The translations under genes and the position numbers were made by a program. 64,000 nucleotides of DNA from a virus (Duplodnaviria > Caudoviricetes), in IMG/VR virus record IMGVR_UViG_3300024346_000005; one strand, given 5' to 3'. Under the pieces are notes generated by a model. The model saw only the letters and a program-made list of their open reading frames with translations, was not told the origin of the DNA and ran no database searches. This document shows, in pieces, positions 57,090 through 64,000 of this stretch (positions within the stretch are counted from its first letter, which is position 1; every line of letters begins with the position of its first letter).

Positions 57090-57371
57090 ATGTTTCTTCT
57101 AACTCTTAAGGGTCGTAAAGATGATGGTGCATATGCCGTTCAAGACCAATATGGAGAAAAGGTTTTATTTTTATTTGAAGAAGAGGATGATGCCACTCGG
57201 TATGCTATGATGCTTGAGTATGATGAAGACTACGAAAAAGAAATGGAAATTGTGGAAGTTGATGATGAACTTGCCATAAAGACTTGTAAGCATAACAACT
57301 ACAAGTATGCCGTAATTACTACTGATGATATTGTAATTCCTCCTAAAAATGATAACCTTCAAAAAAATTAA
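57090..57371 (+). CDS. DUF3110-like protein (93 aa)
   Basis: LFLFEEEDDATRYAMML...VIPP resembles the cyanobacterial DUF3110 pattern; ATG 57090. Confidence 0.6.
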   Translation: MFLLTLKGRKDDGAYAVQDQYGEKVLFLFEEEDDATRYAMMLEYDEDYEKEMEIVEVDDELAIKTCKHNNYKYAVITTDDIVIPPKNDNLQKN

Positions 57372-59064
57372 ATGGAAGAACTTTCTTTCTACCGGACAGC
57401 ATTTTACGGAGATTGATTTCCAAAAGAATAATACAAACTTAATTATTGGAGCAAATGGTGCAGGGAAATCAACTGTACTGGATGCTCTTACTTTTGTTTT
57501 ATTCAATAAAAGTTTTAGGAAAATCAATAAAAATCAATTAATCAATCAAACAAACGAAAAGGATTGTTTAGTTGAGATTGAGTTTTCTGTCAATAGTCGT
57601 GATTATTTGGTTCGTCGTGGAATCAAACCAAATGTCTTTGATATTGAAGTAAATGGAAAACAACTTCATAAGGAATCTGATGACCGCATTAATCAAAAAT
57701 TACTAGAAGAAAATATTCTAAAGGTAAATTATAAATCTTTCACTCAGATTGTAATTTTGGGTTCCAGTACCTTTGTGCCTTTTATGCAACTTACGACTGC
57801 CAATCGTCGTGAGGTGATTGAGGACTTATTGGATATTCGGATATTCTCTACGATGAACACTATCATCAAAGAAAAGATTCGTACTAAAAAGGAAGAAATA
57901 AAATCTCTTGAGTTGAAGAAGCAAAACCTTAAGGACAAGGTTGAAATGCAGAAGAGTTTTATTGAGGAACTTGAGAATCGTGGCAATGCTAATATAAATG
58001 CCAATAAACGGAAAATTTCCGATTTAGATACTGAAGTCGGTACTTATATGACCGAGAATGCCAAGACTGAAGAAGACATTTTCAAATACACAAAAGAACA
58101 AGAGGAGGTTATTGGTGCCGCAGAGAAGTTAGGGAAACTCAATAATCTTAAGGGTAAAATCTCTCAAAAAGTATCTACGATTACTAAAGAGCATAAGTTT
58201 TTTAGTGAAAATACGGTATGCCCTACTTGTACTCAAGGTATTGATGAAAGATTTCGCCTAGATAGAATTGCAGATGCTCAAAATAAAGCAAAGGAACTCC
58301 AGAAAGGTTTTCAGGAACTTGAGGAGACTATGAAGTTTGAACAAGAACGAGAGCGTCAATTTCTAGCACTATCACAGGAGATTACGAAACTCAACCATGA
58401 GATTTCTCAAAACAATACTCGGATTTCACTCAGTCAGAGACAAATCCGAAACCTTGAATCTGAAGTTCAAACTATTACCGAACAACTTAAAAACAGAAAT
58501 ACTGAAAATGAGAAGTTAGAAGAGTTTAGAGATAATCTTCAAAAAACATTTGATGACCTTTCGGATAAAAAAGAAGAAATCGTTCATTATGATTTTGCCT
58601 ATTCCTTACTCAAGGATGATGGTGTAAAAACGAAGATTATTAAAAAGTATCTCCCGTTCATAAATCAGCAGGTGAATCGTTACTTACAGATGATGGATTT
58701 TTATATCAATTTCCATCTTGATGAAGAGTTTAATGAGAGCATCAAGTCACCCATTCATGAGAACTTTTCTTATGCTTCTTTTAGTGAGGGTGAGAAAATG
58801 AGAGTTGATTTGAGTTTGCTATTTACTTGGAGAGAAGTCGCAAGACTTAAGAACTCTGTAAATACAAATCTTTTGATAATGGATGAAGTTTTCGACTCAT
58901 CCCTTGATGGATTTGGAACCGATGAGTTTCTTAAGATTATTCGTTATGTCATAAAGGATGCTAATATATTCGTGATTTCTCATAAGACCGGACTTGAGGA
59001 CAAATTCCAAAGTGTCACAAGGTTTGATAAGAAGGCAGGATTCTCGTATAAAGTAGAAACATAA
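57349..59064 (+). CDS. gp46: Recombination ATPase gp46 (Rad50/SbcC-like)
   Basis: GANGAGKS, CPTC zinc hook, FSEGEK signature, IMDEVFD. Confidence 0.95.
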   Translation: MITFKKIKWKNFLSTGQHFTEIDFQKNNTNLIIGANGAGKSTVLDALTFVLFNKSFRKINKNQLINQTNEKDCLVEIEFSVNSRDYLVRRGIKPNVFDIEVNGKQLHKESDDRINQKLLEENILKVNYKSFTQIVILGSSTFVPFMQLTTANRREVIEDLLDIRIFSTMNTIIKEKIRTKKEEIKSLELKKQNLKDKVEMQKSFIEELENRGNANINANKRKISDLDTEVGTYMTENAKTEEDIFKYTKEQEEVIGAAEKLGKLNNLKGKISQKVSTITKEHKFFSENTVCPTCTQGIDERFRLDRIADAQNKAKELQKGFQELEETMKFEQERERQFLALSQEITKLNHEISQNNTRISLSQRQIRNLESEVQTITEQLKNRNTENEKLEEFRDNLQKTFDDLSDKKEEIVHYDFAYSLLKDDGVKTKIIKKYLPFINQQVNRYLQMMDFYINFHLDEEFNESIKSPIHENFSYASFSEGEKMRVDLSLLFTWREVARLKNSVNTNLLIMDEVFDSSLDGFGTDEFLKIIRYVIKDANIFVISHKTGLEDKFQSVTRFDKKAGFSYKVET

Positions 59065-59075
59065 GCAAAAGGAAA

Positions 59076-59213
59076 ATGCAAGTACCTAACAGGCATCACC
59101 ACTCACGCAAGGAGCAGAAGCGGAAACTCAAACCGCAGGCACTCCGACAGGCAAAGGCACGACTCAAAGCCTTTAAGAAAAAGCACTCTTCGGAGTGTTT
59201 TTTTTATAAATAA
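59076..59213 (+). CDS. Small basic peptide (45 aa)
   Basis: SD AAGGA; MQVPNRHHHSRKEQKRKLKPQALRQAKARLKAFKKKHSSECFFYK; translated by hand. Confidence 0.55.
   Translation: MQVPNRHHHSRKEQKRKLKPQALRQAKARLKAFKKKHSSECFFYK
59178..59205. terminator. C(UUCG)G-loop intrinsic terminator
   Basis: A5-GCACTC-TTCG-GAGTGT then T-run 59198-59205; potentially bidirectional. Confidence 0.8.
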
Positions 59214-59231
59214 TTAGAAAGTTTTGGAAAA

Positions 59232-59870
59232 ATGAGAGAACAAGAAGTTAGAAATCTTTGGGAAGCATATCTGGAAGTTTGTGAAAATCAGCAACTTGAT
59301 GAAGTTTCTGATGAACTTGTAGGTAGAGCTGTAAATAAACGTATTGCTGCTACTGGTGCCGCAAATGATACGGAAATGAAAGACCGCACTCCTGAAAATA
59401 TGAGAGCTTCTGTGAGAGCTGGCGAAAAGGAAGCAAGTATGAAGACTGCTGCCGCTAAAAGAAGGAAAAGAATGAATAAAGAAGAAGTTGACCTCTTTGA
59501 CACCATTCTTGAGCACCTAGTTGCCGAAGGTTATGCCGATACAAATGAAGCAGCACTTGCTATTATGGCAAATATGAGTGAAGAGTGGATTGGTAGTATT
59601 GTTGAGGCAGTAGACCCAGACTATACGGGTCCATCTCAAGATCCGTTATCTAGAGCAAGCAGAGCAATTGGAAATGCTGTAAAGTTTGCTACGGGACAAC
59701 AAGCTGCGGAAGTAAGAGCAAAACAAAAAGGTGTTCCCGGAAATGTTGTTGTTAAGCAGTCTGGTCCCTTTTCGACAAAAAATGTTCCAACTAAGGGATC
59801 TTTTATTTCTGATACTGAAATGAGAAGGAGAGGTCAAAGTACACAACCAATGGGACCCATAGGAAAATAA
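59232..59870 (+). CDS. Late modular protein, putative internal head protein (212 aa)
   Basis: Late promoter 59205; acidic helices ending LDE/KEE/IVE alternate with basic segments. Confidence 0.6.
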   Translation: MREQEVRNLWEAYLEVCENQQLDEVSDELVGRAVNKRIAATGAANDTEMKDRTPENMRASVRAGEKEASMKTAAAKRRKRMNKEEVDLFDTILEHLVAEGYADTNEAALAIMANMSEEWIGSIVEAVDPDYTGPSQDPLSRASRAIGNAVKFATGQQAAEVRAKQKGVPGNVVVKQSGPFSTKNVPTKGSFISDTEMRRRGQSTQPMGPIGK

Positions 59871-59935
59871 ACCACTTTCAAAACTGGCACACCAGAGGGT
59901 TTCACGACCCTCTTTTTTTGTATAATAGGTTCATA
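59869..59935 (+). promoter_or_regulatory. Distal copy of the early promoter module / terminator hybrid (C1)
   Basis: TGGCAC 59885-59890; stem AGAGGGT/ACCCTCT plus T-run; TATAAT 59921-59926. Confidence 0.75.
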
Positions 59936-59952
59936 AGACAAACGAACTCCTA

Positions 59953-62130
59953 ATGACCGTAAATTTTGAAGTAAAAGGTATGCTTGCCCGTCTTCTGGCA
60001 ACGGAAGACCTGATTGTGGAACACAAGAAGGTTGAGACTGCCTGCTTTAATGTTCATACGCGGGTCCTGACGCTTCCTATGTGGCAGAAGGCAAGTAATT
60101 GTGTCTATGATATGTTGGTTGCCCATGAGGTATCCCATTCACTTTATACACCTGATGAAGACTGGACGGAGCAGGTTAGGGTTCCTCAACAGTTTGTGAA
60201 TGTCTGTGAGGATGCTCGTGTGGAGAAACTCATCAAACGCCGTTATGCCGGATTGGCAAAGACCTTCTATGGTGCCTATCGGGAACTTCAGGAAGAAGAT
60301 TTCTTTCAGATTGGTGATGATGACCTTTCAACACACAATCTTGCCGACCGTGCGAACCTTTACTTCAAGGTTGGTAATTTCTTGACTCTTGAATTTACCA
60401 ATAGGGAGCAAGAAATTGTTGATATGATTGGCAAGGCAGAAACCTTTGATGAAACTCTGGATGCTGCCAAGGTTCTTTATGATTACTGTAAGCAAAAGCA
60501 AGAAGAACAAACAAAACTTCCGAGTATTGATAATCACGAAAAGTCTTCTGGTTCTGGTGCCGGAGAGCAACCCGAAGAACAGCAAGAACTTTCTCCCGAA
60601 GAGGATGGTGAAGGTGAGAGTGATAAGCAACAGACTTCTGAGTCTGAGCAACAAACTCAAGGCGAAAAGTTTGATGACCAGAATACCCAACAAACTGGTG
60701 GACAACACGCCGAACCAGATGTGAAGACTATGAGTTCTCTTGAGGAAAACCTTAAGGAACTGGTGAATAACAACATTCAGGAAACTAATTATATTGAAGT
60801 TCCTAAATTGAATCTGGATTCGGTGATTATTTCTAATCAAATTATTCACAATACTTGTAAAGATAATTGGGAGAAGCAACTCTTTATTCACGAAGATAGT
60901 GAAATCTTTACCACAGTGGATGCCGAGTATGTATCTTTTAAGCGTTCGGCACAAAAGGAAGTCAATTATCTGGTGAAAGAGTTTGAGTGTCGTAAGGCAG
61001 CAGACTCTTATGCCAGAGCATCAGTTTCTAAGACTGGTGTTCTGGACTGTACGAAACTTCATACCTATAAGTATCAGGAGGATTTGTTTAAGAAAGTAAC
61101 CACATTTGCCACCGGTAAAAATCACGGTCTGGTTTTTATTCTTGATTGGTCTGGGTCTATGAGTAATGTTCTTATGGATACGGTCAAGCAACTTTATAAT
61201 CTTATTTGGTTCTGTAATAAGGTTAATATTCCTTTTGAGGTTTATGCCTTTACAAATGATTGGAACTATAGGTCTTCATATGATGCCGATGGTAAAGTGA
61301 CTAGTACTCCTCAAGAACATACAGTTCGTAAAGAAAATGAACTAGTGGTTGATTATACATTTGGTCTTCTGAATCTCTTTACCAGCAAGGTAAAAAGTTC
61401 GGTTCTTGATACTCAACTCAAGAATATCTACCGGGTTGCCAAACAATATGATCGCACTGGTTGTGGGGGTTGTAAGTATCAATCCCCCCATAAACTAACT
61501 CTTTCTGGAACTCCACTGAATGAGTCACTTGTTGCCTTACATCAGATTCTTCCATATTTTCAGAAAGAACATAAACTTCAGAAAGTCCAGTGTGTAATTC
61601 TGACTGATGGTGAAGCAGCTCCTCTGAAGTATTATCGGGAAGTTAAACGTACTTGGGATAATGGAGAGTCTTATTTGGGATGTAATTATATTCAAGATAA
61701 TTCTTATCTTCGTGACCGTAAGACTGGAAATGTATATAAGTTTTCTGAAAAAAACTGGAATAATAATACGTCTTTTACGGACCTTCTTCTCCGAAATCTT
61801 CGTGATAAGTTTCCCAGCGTGAATTTTATTGGAATGCGTATTCTTGATAGTCGTGATGCCGGGCATTTTATTCGGAATTATACTGGTTATACTGACGGCA
61901 CTTACGATAAAGTGATGTCCCGTTGGAGGAAAGAACGTAGTTTTGCCATTACCTCTTCCGGATATCATACTTACTTTGGTATTTCTTCCTCTGCTCTCAA
62001 TAGTGATAGTGAGTTCAAGGTTGCCGAAGATGCCTCAAAGGCACAAATTAGAACCGCATTTGTCAAGTCTTTGAGTTCTAAAAAAATGAACAAAAAGATT
62101 CTTGGTGAATTTATTCAATTAGTTGCTTAA
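59953..62130 (+). CDS. cobT: CobT-like protein: N-terminal HExxH domain plus C-terminal VWA domain (725 aa)
   Basis: AHEVSH, NVCEDARVE; MIDAS LDWSGS, SGTP, LTDGE. Confidence 0.8.
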   Translation: MTVNFEVKGMLARLLATEDLIVEHKKVETACFNVHTRVLTLPMWQKASNCVYDMLVAHEVSHSLYTPDEDWTEQVRVPQQFVNVCEDARVEKLIKRRYAGLAKTFYGAYRELQEEDFFQIGDDDLSTHNLADRANLYFKVGNFLTLEFTNREQEIVDMIGKAETFDETLDAAKVLYDYCKQKQEEQTKLPSIDNHEKSSGSGAGEQPEEQQELSPEEDGEGESDKQQTSESEQQTQGEKFDDQNTQQTGGQHAEPDVKTMSSLEENLKELVNNNIQETNYIEVPKLNLDSVIISNQIIHNTCKDNWEKQLFIHEDSEIFTTVDAEYVSFKRSAQKEVNYLVKEFECRKAADSYARASVSKTGVLDCTKLHTYKYQEDLFKKVTTFATGKNHGLVFILDWSGSMSNVLMDTVKQLYNLIWFCNKVNIPFEVYAFTNDWNYRSSYDADGKVTSTPQEHTVRKENELVVDYTFGLLNLFTSKVKSSVLDTQLKNIYRVAKQYDRTGCGGCKYQSPHKLTLSGTPLNESLVALHQILPYFQKEHKLQKVQCVILTDGEAAPLKYYREVKRTWDNGESYLGCNYIQDNSYLRDRKTGNVYKFSEKNWNNNTSFTDLLLRNLRDKFPSVNFIGMRILDSRDAGHFIRNYTGYTDGTYDKVMSRWRKERSFAITSSGYHTYFGISSSALNSDSEFKVAEDASKAQIRTAFVKSLSSKKMNKKILGEFIQLVA

Positions 62131-62157
62131 CTAAATACTCAAAAAGTGCTTATAAAA

Positions 62158-62715
62158 ATGAAGACCTTTCAGGAATTTATGGTAGAATGCTATTCTATTC
62201 AAGAGACTTCTCTTACTCGTGTAATGAGTAAGTCCGAAAAGGGTGGGATGGCAATTCTTTCTGGGCAGAGGGGTGACAAATCAAAATCAGAAAATAAGGA
62301 AAGGTCTGCAAGAACTGAAAGAAGAATTAGAGGTGCCGGTCTTCCGGGTCCAACAAAAGTATCTGGAAGATATACGGAAAACCCAGGAACTCCAGATGAG
62401 AAAAAAGTGGGTGAAAAATCTCACGTAGTTTCTTCTGGTAAAATGGGTAAGAAGAGGTTTAAGAAAACCATAGAGAAACTTGGAACTGAAAGAGGACTCA
62501 AACAAAAGCGTAATGCTCCTGAAGGTTCATCTAAAGACGACCAAGATTCCGTATTGATTCAACGTAAAGGTGGGGGTGAAGCATCACTCAAAGGAACATC
62601 CAAAACATCTTGGCCTGGTAAAGGTAAGAATGTTGGAGTCGGAAAAATGAAACCAGGAAGAACTGGTGAGTTTGATACAAAAGTCAAAAACAAAACATTT
62701 ACTTATGAAAACTAA
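62158..62715 (+). CDS. SAM-lyase (T3 SAMase)-like protein with capsid-targeting-like N-terminus (185 aa)
   Basis: MKTFQEFMVE N-terminus; SxxR-x7-N-xx-R, GRYTE, EKS, QDSVL, AxL motifs; late promoter CTAAATA 62131. Confidence 0.65.
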   Translation: MKTFQEFMVECYSIQETSLTRVMSKSEKGGMAILSGQRGDKSKSENKERSARTERRIRGAGLPGPTKVSGRYTENPGTPDEKKVGEKSHVVSSGKMGKKRFKKTIEKLGTERGLKQKRNAPEGSSKDDQDSVLIQRKGGGEASLKGTSKTSWPGKGKNVGVGKMKPGRTGEFDTKVKNKTFTYEN

Positions 62716-62893
62716 ATTGAGATTAGAACACGTTGTAAATCACGACACCAAAGAAGTTTGGGTGAAGTGTGACAGTGCGATTACTGCTATGGGTATTCCT
62801 GCTATGGTAAATGAATATTATCCTGGTTATAGGGGTCATTGTGCGAGTCTTGAGTACATAGATAAACTACGAAACCAGCAGGTCCAATCTTAA
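62705..62893 (+). CDS. Small hypothetical protein (62 aa)
   Basis: ATG 62705 overlaps the upstream gene end; in frame with track ORF 62666..62893. Confidence 0.65.
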   Translation: MKTKLRLEHVVNHDTKEVWVKCDSAITAMGIPAMVNEYYPGYRGHCASLEYIDKLRNQQVQS

Positions 62894-62945
62894 AACCGTC
62901 CATAGGGGGTCCCACGACCCCCTTTTTTATTGTATAATTACTTCA
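62881..62945 (+). promoter_or_regulatory. Distal copy of the early promoter module / terminator hybrid (C2)
   Basis: Stem AGGGGGT 62904-62910 / ACCCCCT 62917-62923 plus T-run; TATAAT 62933-62938; degenerate operator GGTCCA-N10-CGTCCA. Confidence 0.7.
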
Positions 62946-62971
62946 GTTAAACAAAACCACCTAACTAGATT

Positions 62972-64000
62972 ATGCCTCGCAAAACTGCCGTGAATGACGC
63001 CCAACTGATTGAAGCAATCAAAGAACTTTATGGTACTGAAATTACTTCTGGCGACCTCAAGGGTTTCTGTGCCTCTCGTTCGCTCAACTATCAAACCGTA
63101 AGCAATAAACTCTCACAATACAAAACTTCCCGTGGCAAATGGAACCTTGAAGTGACTCAAGAGCGTGTAGAAGAGATTGAGCGTTCTTTCCAAAATGTTG
63201 CGGTTCTTCCTGAGCATCAGCAAAACCTTATTCCCGATAAAGATGATACCTTCGTCAAGTTTGGTAGTTTTGCTGATGTTAAAAAAATTCTTCAGTCCCG
63301 TCTTTTTTATCCTACGTTCATTACGGGTCTTTCGGGTAATGGTAAAACGTTCAGTGTGGAGCAAGCGTGTGCTCAACTAAAGCGGGAACTTATCCGTGTG
63401 AATATCACTATTGAAACCGATGAGGATGATTTGATTGGTGGTTTCCGTCTCGTGAATGGTGAAACTGCTTGGCACAACGGTCCTGTGATTGAGGCACTTG
63501 AGCGTGGTGCCGTATTGCTTCTGGATGAGGTTGACCTTGCTTCCAATAAAATCCTGTGCCTTCAATCCATTCTTGAAGGTAAGGGTGTGTTCCTGAAAAA
63601 AATCGGACGGTTCGTCAAACCTGCTCCCGGATTCAACGTGATTGCCACCGCAAACACCAAGGGAAAGGGTTCTGAGGACGGTAGGTTCATCGGCACCAAC
63701 GTGCTCAACGAAGCGTTCCTAGAGCGGTTCTGCGTGACCTTTGAGCAACCATATCCTGCTGCTGCTACTGAGATTCGCATCCTTCAGGGAATCGCAGCAT
63801 CTCTGGGTCTTACCGAGATTGATGATTTTTGTAAGCGGTTGGCAGATTGGGGTGACGTAATCCGTAAGACATTCTATGATGGTGGTATTGAAGAAATTAT
63901 CTCTACCCGCCGACTGGTTCATATCGTCCGTGCCTACAGCATCTTTGGTGATAAGGCAAAAGCAATTCAGGTTTGTATCAATCGTTTTGATGATGAAACC
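62972..64000 (+). CDS. cobS: MoxR/CobS-type AAA+ ATPase (truncated by the window end)
   Basis: Translated by hand from ATG 62972: GLSGNGKT, ETDEDDLIGG, LLLDEVD, ATANTKG, NEAFLERF; absent from the track because it has no stop in the window. Confidence 0.9.
   Translation, partial: MPRKTAVNDAQLIEAIKELYGTEITSGDLKGFCASRSLNYQTVSNKLSQYKTSRGKWNLEVTQERVEEIERSFQNVAVLPEHQQNLIPDKDDTFVKFGSFADVKKILQSRLFYPTFITGLSGNGKTFSVEQACAQLKRELIRVNITIETDEDDLIGGFRLVNGETAWHNGPVIEALERGAVLLLDEVDLASNKILCLQSILEGKGVFLKKIGRFVKPAPGFNVIATANTKGKGSEDGRFIGTNVLNEAFLERFCVTFEQPYPAAATEIRILQGIAASLGLTEIDDFCKRLADWGDVIRKTFYDGGIEEIISTRRLVHIVRAYSIFGDKAKAIQVCINRFDDET

Larger units (their letters stand above)
7894..62137 (+). promoter_or_regulatory. 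T4-type late (gp55) promoters TATAAATA/CTAAATA, dispersed
   Basis: TATAAATA at 7894, 22336, 31645, 34727, 41806, 46315, 47697, 50355, 52160, 55292, 59205; CTAAATA at 35984, 44619, 51113, 62131. All lie at or next to gene boundaries, just upstream of starts. Confidence 0.85.

Noticed and set aside
10985-63922. Minus-strand ORFs of 60-210 aa opposite structural and replication genes
   Set aside because: Shadow frames of well-supported plus-strand genes, with no recognisable motifs or expression signals.
59953-64000. cobT/cobS as cobalamin biosynthesis genes
   Set aside because: No CobN or other cob genes; MoxR ATPase plus VWA pairs in T4-like phages are better read as chaperone-like systems. 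The names are kept only as family labels.

Overview
A 64-kb segment of a T4-like cyanophage (Kyanoviridae-type myovirus, probably freshwater and low-GC). All supported genes lie on the + strand. (1) 1-5282 is a GC-rich early region: an array of about 15 mostly tiny genes, nearly all preceded by their own repeated host-RNAP promoter module (palindrome TGTG(C/A)CA-N10-TGGCACA, G/C hairpin, TATAAT or extended -10, and an A/C-rich leader with no Shine-Dalgarno). (2) At about 5370 base composition switches abruptly, followed by an AbrB-like regulator, a GT-A glycosyltransferase-like gene, a PRTase-like gene and speD. (3) 7921-51683 is the late morphogenesis block (gp25, 6, 7, 8, DUF4815, 13-23, 3) with many TATAAATA/CTAAATA gp55 promoters, a class-3 (Ala1, WCT) LAGLIDADG intein in terminase gp17, and a short NblA-like ORF missed by the ORF track. 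(4) 51680-64000 holds uvsY, uvsW, gp55, gp47, gp46, two of the three free-standing GIY-YIG endonucleases, a CobT-like VWA protein and a MoxR/CobS ATPase that runs off the end. Top leads: a T3-type SAM-lyase-like protein carrying a T4-style capsid-targeting sequence (62158-62715), part of a set of late proteins with prohead-protease-type cleavage sites; the promoter-cassette array with its fixed-distance operator; and the NblA-like ORF. Family assignments come from motif recognition by eye. No database search was run.
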